A DNA stretch of 64,000 nt from a bacterium (GTDB lineage: Bacteria; SAR324; NAC60-12): the NCBI GenBank assembly GCA_965233585.1, contig CBDDTI010000747.1, positions 320,001 to 384,000 of the forward strand. The letters are read 5' to 3'. Shown here in pieces: positions 10,139 through 19,181 of the stretch; within the stretch, counting starts at the first letter, position 1, and each line of letters opens with the position of its first letter. Below the pieces are notes generated by a model, which saw only the letters and a list, made by a program, of their open reading frames with translations, was not told the DNA's origin and did no database searches. Position numbers and translations under genes: made by a program.

Positions 10139-10441
10139 TTATTTAACCGAGTGCTTATATTCATTATAAATCATCTCACCCAAACCAAAAGCACGTGTTC
10201 TTGATGCCATTTGGGCATATTCTTGGTCTAACATAGATTTAAACGTCTTTTCTCCATTGGATTCTGGCAGAAGGTCAGACTTTTGAGTGGCATCACGCAT
10301 GGTTTTCAGCATTTGTTGGATAAAGAGTTGCTCAAAATCTTGCGAGGCTTCTTGAAGTTTCTCTTGACTTTCAGGCTTCTTTTGGGAAGGCAAAGTTTGC
10401 GTTTGAATTTGTTGCCAATCAGAAGAGGGGAATTTTATCAT
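10139..10441 (-). CDS. flgJ: Rod-binding FlgJ, single-domain form without muramidase
   Basis: LQEASQDFEQLFIQQMLKTMR, FKSMLDQEYA, GLGEMIY. Confidence 0.88.
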   Translation of the reverse strand: MIKFPSSDWQQIQTQTLPSQKKPESQEKLQEASQDFEQLFIQQMLKTMRDATQKSDLLPESNGEKTFKSMLDQEYAQMASRTRAFGLGEMIYNEYKHSVK

Positions 10442-10455
10442 AACTTGATAGAAAA

Positions 10456-11532
10456 TTAGCGAATGACTAAATCTGCATGTAATGCCCCAGAGGCTTTGAC
10501 CGCCTTCAAGATTTGCGAAAGGTCTTGAGACGAGGCACCAATTTTGTTAAACCCATCAACAATTTCTTTAAGATCTACCCCACCTTTGAGCATGAAGAGG
10601 TCAGCAGAATGTTGTTCAGGAGGCTGTCCATCTGGTGTAGGTTGGGCATCTTGTGGCTTGATTTCAATACTCAATGACCCTTGTGAAATGGCAACGGGGG
10701 AGATTCTGACATATTTACCCATGACCACTGTCCCCGAACGTTCATCTAATACCACTTTGGCTTGCTGGTCTGGCGTGATGTCTAAATTTTCAATGTATGA
10801 CACAAGCTCAACTGTCCTGCCTAAATAACTATGAGGTACAATGACCTCAATAGAACCTGCATCTTTGGCACGCGCAGACTTCTCTCCCAACTTCTGGTTA
10901 ATCAGCTTCTCCAACCGAAATGCTGTGGTAAAGTCTGGTGCTTTGAGATTCATGTAAATGCGAGTCCGACTATTGAGATTTAATCGGACTTCTTGTTCTA
11001 CCAATGCACCATTAGGAATCTTTCCGACAGAACGCACCATACTTGAATTGACTGGCAGTTGGTCAATGGGGTCTGGCTGCGCTTCAGACAACCTTGGAAT
11101 GTCAATGACAGGACCCTGTGCCACTGCATAAACTAAACGATTAGGTCCTCTTAAAGGCGCCATGACCAGCACACCTCCACGCAATGAATTAGCATCTCCA
11201 ATCGTAGAAACTGTGACGTCAATGCGTTGACCCGATTTTGCAAAAGGGGGCAAAGTGGCAGTCAGCCAAACTGCCGCAATACTACGACCGATGATGTCTT
11301 GCTGATTCAATGAAATACCAATTCTTTCAAGTGCATTGATGACAGGTTTCCTTGCCAAAAGGCTTTCTTGCGAATCCCCTGTCCCATTGAGACCAACAAT
11401 AATCCCAAAACCCGTCAACTGATTATCCCTTGCTCCTCTGAGCGAAGCCACATCTTTGACACGCACTGCCTGTGCTGAAAATACTATCAAAAGACAAATG
11501 AGTGTCAAAATCCATCTATGAATTTGCATCAT
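10456..11532 (-). CDS. flgI: Flagellar P-ring protein
   Basis: RVKDV..RDNQLTGFGIIVGLNGTGD, SLRGGVL, DFTTA, ERSGTVV, GALHADL. Confidence 0.96.
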   Translation of the reverse strand: MMQIHRWILTLICLLIVFSAQAVRVKDVASLRGARDNQLTGFGIIVGLNGTGDSQESLLARKPVINALERIGISLNQQDIIGRSIAAVWLTATLPPFAKSGQRIDVTVSTIGDANSLRGGVLVMAPLRGPNRLVYAVAQGPVIDIPRLSEAQPDPIDQLPVNSSMVRSVGKIPNGALVEQEVRLNLNSRTRIYMNLKAPDFTTAFRLEKLINQKLGEKSARAKDAGSIEVIVPHSYLGRTVELVSYIENLDITPDQQAKVVLDERSGTVVMGKYVRISPVAISQGSLSIEIKPQDAQPTPDGQPPEQHSADLFMLKGGVDLKEIVDGFNKIGASSQDLSQILKAVKASGALHADLVIR

Positions 11533-11572
11533 CTACCCTAATTTGTTTGGAGGATTAAATAGACTAAAGACA

Positions 11573-11589
11573 TTCAATTTCAATGCCAA
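11573..11589 (-). promoter_or_regulatory. Sigma-54-like promoter upstream of flgI (-12 GA variant)
   Basis: Minus strand TTGGCATTGAAATTGAA is GG-N10-GA, ~40 bp upstream of flgI. Confidence 0.5.
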
Positions 11590-11703
11590 AGTATGAAGTC
11601 AAACTTGATAATCAATAAAAAGTTTATTATTTTATAAACAAAGGCTATTTTAGATGAAATTGGCTTAAATGACTTGGATTGAATACACAATTATTTTAAA
11701 AAC

Positions 11704-12888
11704 ATGAATGCTCCTACTAAATCATCAGCTAAAGAATTTGTAGCATTGATGGCAGTTTTGTCATCATTGGCGGCTTTTGCAATAGATTCAATTGTTCCTG
11801 TTTTGCCAGCCATGGCGAATGATTTGCAGACTGACCAGCGTCAAATTCAGTTGGTCATTCCAGTTTTATTTGCTGGCTTCAGTTTAGGCTTACTCATTTA
11901 TGGACCACTTTCAGACACAACAGGTCGTAAAAAAATGATTTATTACGGATTAGGGGTGTTCATACTGGGGTCTTTCATCTGCTATCTTGCAGATGGAATA
12001 GAAGTGATGCTCATGGGACGTTTTTTACAAGGACTTGGCGCTGCTTCTGGACGAAGCCTTTCTGTTGCCATGATTCGCGATATTTACAACGGCTCTGCCA
12101 TGGCCAAGGTCACTTCCTCTGTCATGTCTGTTTTTATTCTTGTGCCTGTCATTGCCCCCTCTTTGGGACAACTGATTAGTCATTTCACCAACTGGAGAGT
12201 GATTTTTGGAGTGCTAATGATACAGGGTGTCATTGCACTGTTTTGGTTTATGAGACAATCAGAAACCTTACATGTACAAAATCGCAGACCTTTTTCGCTC
12301 AAACAAAACTGGCAACATACTCTGTTTATTTTAAAAAGTCGCACTTCATGTGGCTACACTGTCGCTTTGGGGCTGACTTTTGGTGCATTCATCGGATATT
12401 TGATTCTTGCCAGACCCATTTTGCAAGACCAGTATCAACTAGGTTTTTTATTCTCCCTTTATTTTGCAGTCAATGCGATTGCGATTGCGATTGCAGGAGT
12501 CGTCAATGCGAAGCTGGTGATGCGTTATGGAATGCACAAGTTATCAGTGCTGGCAACTCAAATCATAGCTTTGTCAGCATTTGTTTTTTTTGGGGTTGTT
12601 TGGTGGTATTCAGGGCAACCTCCATTGCCGATTTTTGCTGTTTATATGTTTATCACTAACTTTTGTATGGGGATTCTTTTTGGAAACATCAATGCGTTAG
12701 CCATGGAGCGATTGGGAAACATTGCAGGAATTGGCTCGTCTGTTTTGGGGTGTCTTTCCAACCTGATTGGCACTTTGATAGGCTCACTGATTGGTCAAAT
12801 GTACAATCACACTCTTTTTCCTTTGGTGATAGGGTTTTTGATTACGGGGAGCCTTTCCTGCAAATTATTGCAATATTCAAAACAATAG
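11704..12888 (+). CDS. Bcr/CflA family MFS drug-efflux transporter
   Basis: AIDSIVP, YGPLSDTTGRK, GRFLQG, AMIRD, APSLG; about 12 TM segments. Confidence 0.9.
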   Translation: MNAPTKSSAKEFVALMAVLSSLAAFAIDSIVPVLPAMANDLQTDQRQIQLVIPVLFAGFSLGLLIYGPLSDTTGRKKMIYYGLGVFILGSFICYLADGIEVMLMGRFLQGLGAASGRSLSVAMIRDIYNGSAMAKVTSSVMSVFILVPVIAPSLGQLISHFTNWRVIFGVLMIQGVIALFWFMRQSETLHVQNRRPFSLKQNWQHTLFILKSRTSCGYTVALGLTFGAFIGYLILARPILQDQYQLGFLFSLYFAVNAIAIAIAGVVNAKLVMRYGMHKLSVLATQIIALSAFVFFGVVWWYSGQPPLPIFAVYMFITNFCMGILFGNINALAMERLGNIAGIGSSVLGCLSNLIGTLIGSLIGQMYNHTLFPLVIGFLITGSLSCKLLQYSKQ

Positions 12889-12968
12889 CTTTTAAAAATC
12901 TTTAAAGTCATTGATTTTCTTTTCAAAATCTTCTAGCATGGAGTGTTTCTGATTTTGAGTAGAGTAGA

Positions 12969-14204
12969 TTGATGAAAGTCGTCATTGTCGGTGCAGGTAT
13001 TATTGGGCTGAATTGTGCTTATTATCTGCACAAAAAAGGAATTGAGGTGTCTGTCTTGGATCAAGGTGAGGTTTGTTCTGGAGCGTCAGCAGGCAATGCC
13101 TGTTACGTTGCTCCAAGCCATATTGTCCCCCTGCCAACACCAGACATTTTGGCAAAAGGTCTCAAGTGGATGTTTAATCCCAAAAGCCCTTTCTACATTA
13201 AGCCAAGACCTAGTATAGACCTGATTTCATGGCTTTTGCGATTCTGCCTCAACTGCAATGCAACCCAAATGCAAAGAGGCATACCTGTTTTAAATCAGCT
13301 GCTTTCTACAAATCTTAAGTTGCTTTTAGAGATGTCGCAGGAAGGAGAATTTGAATTTCCTTTGTGGAAAAAGGGGCTATTCTATTTGTTCATTACACAA
13401 AAAGGAATGACAGGAGCAGAGAAGCTTAGCAGAGTCTGCCATGAACACGGTGTGACCTCATCGCTGGTGAATCAAAGAGATTTAGAGAAGCTGGACAGCA
13501 ACCTAGTTTCAGATTCTGTCTTAGGAAGTCTTTATTTTCCTAATGACGTGCATATTGACTCTCAAGCCTTCGTTCTTGCACTTGCTAACTATCTAAAAAG
13601 TCAAGGTGTAGAGATTCAAACACGCACTCCAATTCAGTCCGTTCAACCTCTTTCCAAAGCCTCAAACCAAGTCGCCTTGTTTAAAGACTCTGGGGAATCT
13701 GTTCAAGCAGATGCGTTTGTCATTGCCAATGGTGCATGGGCGCCAAAGCTATTAGACCCGTTAGGCATCAAAACCCACATTCAACCTGCCAAAGGGTATA
13801 GCCTCACTTTTCCTGCACCTGATAATTTGCCCTCATCACCTGCAATCTTGGCAGAATCCAAAGTTGCGATGACACCACTTGGCGATCGTTTACGTTTTTC
13901 AGGAACACTGGAACTGGCAGGTTATGACCGCTCCATCAATCCAGTCCGAGTGCAAGCCATTGTTGAGGCTGCCAACCGCTATTTGCCTCATCTCAACCCT
14001 CCCGAAAATGCGATAAAAGACGCATGGGCAGGGTATCGCTCTTGCACTCCAACAGGATTGCCATTGATTGGAAAAACAAACCAGTATGAAAATTTATTCA
14101 TTGCCACAGGTCACAACATGATTGGAATCAGCCTTGCCAACGTCACAGGTCAGTTGATTCAAGAAGCGATCTGCGGAGAAAAACCGTTTTACCACTCTGT
14201 ATAA
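12969..14204 (+). CDS. FAD-dependent D-amino acid dehydrogenase (DadA-like)
   Basis: VGAGIIG Rossmann fold, GASAGNA, PAKGYS, WAGYRSCTP, ATGH. Confidence 0.85.
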   Translation: MMKVVIVGAGIIGLNCAYYLHKKGIEVSVLDQGEVCSGASAGNACYVAPSHIVPLPTPDILAKGLKWMFNPKSPFYIKPRPSIDLISWLLRFCLNCNATQMQRGIPVLNQLLSTNLKLLLEMSQEGEFEFPLWKKGLFYLFITQKGMTGAEKLSRVCHEHGVTSSLVNQRDLEKLDSNLVSDSVLGSLYFPNDVHIDSQAFVLALANYLKSQGVEIQTRTPIQSVQPLSKASNQVALFKDSGESVQADAFVIANGAWAPKLLDPLGIKTHIQPAKGYSLTFPAPDNLPSSPAILAESKVAMTPLGDRLRFSGTLELAGYDRSINPVRVQAIVEAANRYLPHLNPPENAIKDAWAGYRSCTPTGLPLIGKTNQYENLFIATGHNMIGISLANVTGQLIQEAICGEKPFYHSV

Positions 14205-14256
14205 GGTTGAGTGAACTCAAACATAAAAAACGTACCGATTTTGAATAGAAACGAGC

Positions 14257-15009
14257 ATGTCTGGACATAGTAAATGGAGTACCATTAAACACCGCAAAGG
14301 TGCAAAAGATGCGCAACGTGGAAAACTTTTTACCAAACTTATCAAGGAAATCACGATTGCCGCAAGGGGAGGAGGAGACCCCGATGCCAACCCAAGACTA
14401 CGCAGTGCCATTGCCAATGCCAAAAATCAAAGAATGCCAAAAGACAACATTGAACGTGCCATCAAAAAAGGCACAGGTGAACTGGCAGGTGAGCAATATG
14501 AAGAGATTCTTTATGAGGGATACGGACCTCATCAAACTGCTTTGATTATTGAAGCCATGACAGATAACCGCAACCGTACCATCTCATTTGTCAGAAGCAC
14601 TTTAGGCAAACATGGGGGCAATCTTGGGTCAGCCAACTCTGTCCAATATATGTTTGACTACAAAGGAGTCATTCGCATTCCTTGTTCTGCGATTGAAGAA
14701 GACCAACTTTTAGAAATGGCTCTTGATGCAGGGGCAGAAGATATGATTCAAGAAACAGATGAAGAGTTCCAAGTCTTGACTTCAAAATCAGACTTTCAAA
14801 ACGTCCGTGACCAATTAGAAAAGAAAGAAGTCCAAATGTCCTATGCCTCGCTTTCATGGATTCCACAAAATTTGATTGAATTGAACGACCTGCAAAAAGC
14901 AGAGTCTGTTTTAAAATTGATGGATATACTGGAAGACAACGAAGACGTTCAAAACGTGTATTCCAATTTTGAATTTTCTGAAAGTGTTTTAGAAACTTTG
15001 GGGAAGTAG
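14257..15009 (+). CDS. yebC: YebC/PmpR family protein
   Basis: [35 protein letters not shown]. Confidence 0.96.
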   Translation: MSGHSKWSTIKHRKGAKDAQRGKLFTKLIKEITIAARGGGDPDANPRLRSAIANAKNQRMPKDNIERAIKKGTGELAGEQYEEILYEGYGPHQTALIIEAMTDNRNRTISFVRSTLGKHGGNLGSANSVQYMFDYKGVIRIPCSAIEEDQLLEMALDAGAEDMIQETDEEFQVLTSKSDFQNVRDQLEKKEVQMSYASLSWIPQNLIELNDLQKAESVLKLMDILEDNEDVQNVYSNFEFSESVLETLGK

Positions 15010-15492
15010 GTGATTATTTTAGGAATTGACCCCGGTAGCCAAAAGACAGGTTATGGAGTGATTCAAAGAGAAAACAATCGTTTGAAAAGATTGAGCAGTG
15101 GGCAAATCAAACTTTCACCCAAATTAGAATTTTCTGAAAAACTTGCCACCATCACTACATCGCTTAATCAAGTCATTGAGGAATTTACCCCAGAATCTAT
15201 GGCGGTTGAGAAGGTGTTCCTTTCAAAAAATGTCCATGTCGCCCTCGTACTGGGTCAGGCTCGTGGCGCTGCCATTGTTGCAGGAGCATTAAAAGGCATG
15301 AAAGTTTATGAATATGCGGCAAGACAAGTGAAGACCGCAACGGTTGGTTTTGGTGCAGCCGATAAAGAACAAGTCAGACACATGGTCGGGGTACTGTTAC
15401 AAATCCCATATCAGCAACTCAAAGAAGATGAAGCTGATGCACTGGCTGTTGCTATTACTCACGCACATACGGTACCGCCTTCCAAAATTTGA
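15010..15492 (+). CDS. ruvC: Holliday junction resolvase
   Basis: ILGIDPGS, AVEKVF, LGQARG, DEADALAVA. Confidence 0.96.
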   Translation: MIILGIDPGSQKTGYGVIQRENNRLKRLSSGQIKLSPKLEFSEKLATITTSLNQVIEEFTPESMAVEKVFLSKNVHVALVLGQARGAAIVAGALKGMKVYEYAARQVKTATVGFGAADKEQVRHMVGVLLQIPYQQLKEDEADALAVAITHAHTVPPSKI

Positions 15493-15539
15493 ATCGCAAT
15501 GGTTTGGGTTTGAACTTTTAGACTTCTTTTGATAAACCG

Positions 15540-16112
15540 ATGATTGCATACATACAGGGCAGAGTGATTCAGCAGTCTCAACACTTTGTCATTGTTCAGA
15601 CAGATTCTGGAGTTGGCTATCAACTTTACGTCAACCAAGCCTTGCCACCTTCAGACCAACAAGTTTCATATTTTGTTCACACCTATATCCGTGAAGATGA
15701 GCTAAAACTTTATGGTTTTGTAGATTTTGAAGACAAGCAGATTTTTGAACAATTACTGAAGGCATCGGGAGTGGGTCCTAAAATGGCAATGACCATGCTG
15801 GCAACTTATCCCCCTCAAACTTTATGTCAAATTGCAACAAGCCAAGATGAACTGAAACTGCAAAGTATTCCCGGAGTTGGAAAAAAGACTGCTAAAAAGA
15901 TTTGCATTGAGCTGGCAGACTTGCTAAAACATTTTGAATATGCAAACACCGCAACAGAACAAGAAAATCCGAATGAGCTGATTTCTGCATTGTCAAATTT
16001 AGGATTTTCTGAGAAGAACATCGTTGCCGCCATTTCTACATTAGACCTTCAAAACCTTTCTTTTGAAGAGCAAATGAAGCAGGCTTTGGCAACACTCAAA
16101 CCCCCTTACTAA
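15540..16112 (+). CDS. ruvA: Holliday junction branch migration protein
   Basis: MIAYIQG, GVGYQL, IREDELKLYGF, SGVGPK, PGVGKKTA. Confidence 0.95.
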   Translation: MIAYIQGRVIQQSQHFVIVQTDSGVGYQLYVNQALPPSDQQVSYFVHTYIREDELKLYGFVDFEDKQIFEQLLKASGVGPKMAMTMLATYPPQTLCQIATSQDELKLQSIPGVGKKTAKKICIELADLLKHFEYANTATEQENPNELISALSNLGFSEKNIVAAISTLDLQNLSFEEQMKQALATLKPPY

Positions 16113-16136
16113 CTTAATTTATCAAAGGACTCAAAA

Positions 16137-16646
16137 ATGGGTAGTTTAAATAAAGTCATGTTAATTGGAAGACTGGGTCAAGACCCTGAAACTCGTTACA
16201 CTCAATCAGGTCAAGCAGTGGCAAACTTTTCATTGGCAACAACAGACCACTGGAAAGATGCCAATGGCAACTCTCAAGAAAAAACAGAGTGGCATAGTCT
16301 AGTGGCATGGGGTAGAAATGCTGACCTTACACAAAATTATTTGCGTAAAGGGAGTTTGGTGTACATTGAAGGTTCATTACAGACACGTAGTTGGGACGAC
16401 CAAAATACAGGACAAAAACGTTACAAAACAGAAGTGAGTGTACAAAAAATTCAATTTTTGGAAAAGAGAAGTGACGCAGGGCAAAGCTATCAGGGAGAGT
16501 ATCAGCAACAGCCTACACAACAGCCCTATGCTCAAAACTCCCAGCCATCAGCTCCACCACCTCCTCCTCCGCAACCTATGCCACAACAAGCTCCTAACCC
16601 TTCAACACAACCACCAGCCTACATTGATGATGATGTGCCGTTCTAG
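16137..16646 (+). CDS. ssb: Single-stranded DNA-binding protein
   Basis: [30 protein letters not shown]-terminal DDDVPF. Confidence 0.97.
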   Translation: MGSLNKVMLIGRLGQDPETRYTQSGQAVANFSLATTDHWKDANGNSQEKTEWHSLVAWGRNADLTQNYLRKGSLVYIEGSLQTRSWDDQNTGQKRYKTEVSVQKIQFLEKRSDAGQSYQGEYQQQPTQQPYAQNSQPSAPPPPPPQPMPQQAPNPSTQPPAYIDDDVPF

Positions 16647-16698
16647 CAACCTTTTTGAACTGATTCTACATAAATTGAACCCAAAATCTTTTTTTCAC

Positions 16699-16727
16699 TT
16701 GACAAAAATATAAAAATAGAGTCTAAT
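16699..16727 (+). promoter_or_regulatory. Sigma-70 promoter of rpsA
   Basis: TTGACA-17 nt-TCTAAT, ~77 bp upstream of rpsA. Confidence 0.65.
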
Positions 16728-16803
16728 GTCCCGTTTTAGCTTTTGCCTGATAGGCATGATGATTCACCTTTTTCGCCAGTAAAAACACTGCGCAACCCCT
16801 ACA

Positions 16804-18576
16804 ATGACAGAATCCACTCCCCCACCCTCACAGGTTCAATTTGACTTTGACGCTCCATTTGACATGGAGTCGTTGGTTGACATGTCTTCTCCCTTTGCCA
16901 AAGAACAAACTATTTCAGTCGGTCGGATTACTGAGATTAGCAAAGACTTTGTCACCGTTGACATCGGCTTTAAATCCGAAGGCAAAATTCCAGTAGAACA
17001 ATTCCGAAACGAAGATGGTCAACTGACAGCTCAACTTGGAGAAGAAACAGAAGTTTACATTGAAGCGTTTGAAGATTATGACGGCATTGCCATTCTTTCT
17101 AAAGAAAAGGCACACAAACAACGTGTCTGGGAAAATGTAACGCAAGTTTATGAAAACGATGGCACAGTCAAAGGTACAATCACTGGTCGCATCAAAGGAG
17201 GATTGTCAGTAGATATTGGGGTCAAAGCATTTTTGCCGGGGTCACAAATTGATCTGAGACCTGTAAAAAACCTTGACCAGATGATTGGTGAAACTTACGA
17301 ATTTAAAATCTTAAAACTCAACCAACGCAGAGGCAACATTGTCCTCTCCAGAAGATACCTGCTTGAAGTAGAACGGCATGCACAGCGTGAAGCAACCCTT
17401 GATAAGTTGCAAGAAGGTATGCTAGTGAAGGGTCGTGTCAAAAACATTACAGACTATGGTGTTTTTATTGACCTTGGGGGGATTGATGGATTGTTGCACA
17501 TTACAGACATCACATGGGGCAGAATCAACCGTCCTGCAGAGCTTTTTGAAATTGGAGAAGAAACAGAAGTTATCATTCTTAAATATATTCCTGAAACACA
17601 AAAAGTCTCTCTTGGGTTGAAACAAAAAGAGCCGAACCCTTGGGAAGGCGTGGCTGATAAGTATGCTGTCGGCACAAGAATTTCAGGGACGATTGTCAGC
17701 CTCACAGATTATGGTGCATTCATTCAGCTAGAACCGGGAATTGAGGGTTTGATCCATGTGTCAGAGATTTCATGGACTAAGAAGGTTCGCAATCCAAACA
17801 AGATGCTGACAGTGGGTCAAGAGGTAGAAGCCATCATCAAGGACATTAATGTTGAGGAGCATCGCATCTCACTTTCTATCAAAGAAGGAGAGCCTAACCC
17901 GTGGCTAGCAGTTCTTGAAAAGTATCCGATTGGTTCTGTTGTGATGGGAAAAATTCGCAACATCACAGAGTTTGGAGTCTTTGTAGGACTTGATGAAGGA
18001 GTGGACGGCTTGGTTCATGTCTCTGATCTTTCGTGGAATCAAAGGCATCGTCAAGTGCTGGAAGAATTCAAAAAAAATGACCAGATTGAAGCCAAAGTTT
18101 TAAACATTGATGTAGATCAAGAAAGACTTTCATTGGGTGTGAAGCAGCTCAGCCCTGACCCTTGGAAAAATCTTGAATACGAAGTGCAAATTGGCGACAA
18201 GGTTCACGGTACGGTCGCCTCGCTGACAGAGTTTGGAATCTTTGTAGAAATTGTGGAAGGTGTGGAAGGCTTGATTCACATCTCTGAAGTGGACAACTCT
18301 ATCAAAGGGAAAATTGAAAAATTTTATCCTGTCGGGTCAAAGATTGAAGCCTACGTCATCAAAGTAGATTCAGAAGAAAGAAGACTTGGTTTAAGCATCA
18401 TTGATGAAGTGCTTGACAAAGACCAAATTGTTGGCAAACACGAAGCAGAAAGCGATGCTGAAAACTCTGAAACACAAAGCGTTGAAGTGCAAAGTGTTGA
18501 GTCAACAGAGCTGGAAAATCCTGACCTCCCAGAAGAAGTGGCTGAAGAATCTGAAGTCCAAGACCGTCAGGAATGA
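16804..18576 (+). CDS. rpsA: 30S ribosomal protein S1
   Basis: Six S1 repeats; DIGFKSEG, AFLPGSQID, ITDYGVFIDLGGIDGLLHITD. Confidence 0.98.
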   Translation: MTESTPPPSQVQFDFDAPFDMESLVDMSSPFAKEQTISVGRITEISKDFVTVDIGFKSEGKIPVEQFRNEDGQLTAQLGEETEVYIEAFEDYDGIAILSKEKAHKQRVWENVTQVYENDGTVKGTITGRIKGGLSVDIGVKAFLPGSQIDLRPVKNLDQMIGETYEFKILKLNQRRGNIVLSRRYLLEVERHAQREATLDKLQEGMLVKGRVKNITDYGVFIDLGGIDGLLHITDITWGRINRPAELFEIGEETEVIILKYIPETQKVSLGLKQKEPNPWEGVADKYAVGTRISGTIVSLTDYGAFIQLEPGIEGLIHVSEISWTKKVRNPNKMLTVGQEVEAIIKDINVEEHRISLSIKEGEPNPWLAVLEKYPIGSVVMGKIRNITEFGVFVGLDEGVDGLVHVSDLSWNQRHRQVLEEFKKNDQIEAKVLNIDVDQERLSLGVKQLSPDPWKNLEYEVQIGDKVHGTVASLTEFGIFVEIVEGVEGLIHISEVDNSIKGKIEKFYPVGSKIEAYVIKVDSEERRLGLSIIDEVLDKDQIVGKHEAESDAENSETQSVEVQSVESTELENPDLPEEVAEESEVQDRQE

Positions 18577-18644
18577 TACTTCTTTAGGGTATGCTGGCAA
18601 GGTGAATCTCAAGAACCTTGCTTGCATACCAAAAAAAATCGGGG

Positions 18645-19172
18645 TCAAGATTTTTTTCTAGCAAGTAGTAAGACACTGATCCCAATCAATCCTGCAAGTG
18701 ATGCGATTATCCCAAGCAATGCCCACCATGTCAGTGCGTCTTTAAAAACCACTACAACGACGATTCCAATCAATAGAACTGATGGGACTTCATTAAATAA
18801 CCTTAAACTCCTGCCACTCCATGAACAACTTCCTGACTCCAATTCCAGACGGATTTTGTCGCAAAAGAAATGGTAGGCAACCAAAATGGCAACTAAGCAG
18901 ATCTTGGTCAAAAGCCATGTTGTAGTCCAAGATTGAGAAAGCCATGCTAAAGCAACCCCACAACTCAAAGCAATGACCATAGAAGGTTGTGTGATAGCCT
19001 TCCACAAACGACGTTCCATGATAGCGAATTGTTTGTGTAATGTGTTACATTCTTCTTGGGGTTTGTCTTCAATTTCTTTGTGATACACAAAAAGCCTACC
19101 CAAGTAAAACAAGCCTGCAAACCACGTGACAATACTGATAAGATGAAGGGATTTAAGGGTGAGATAAATCAT
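18645..19172 (-). CDS. hemJ: Protoporphyrinogen oxidase HemJ (UPF0093)
   Basis: KSLHLISIVTWFAGLFYLGRLFVYH, MERRL, RLFNEVP. Confidence 0.92.
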   Translation of the reverse strand: MIYLTLKSLHLISIVTWFAGLFYLGRLFVYHKEIEDKPQEECNTLHKQFAIMERRLWKAITQPSMVIALSCGVALAWLSQSWTTTWLLTKICLVAILVAYHFFCDKIRLELESGSCSWSGRSLRLFNEVPSVLLIGIVVVVVFKDALTWWALLGIIASLAGLIGISVLLLARKKS

Positions 19173-19181
19173 AATTGAAAT

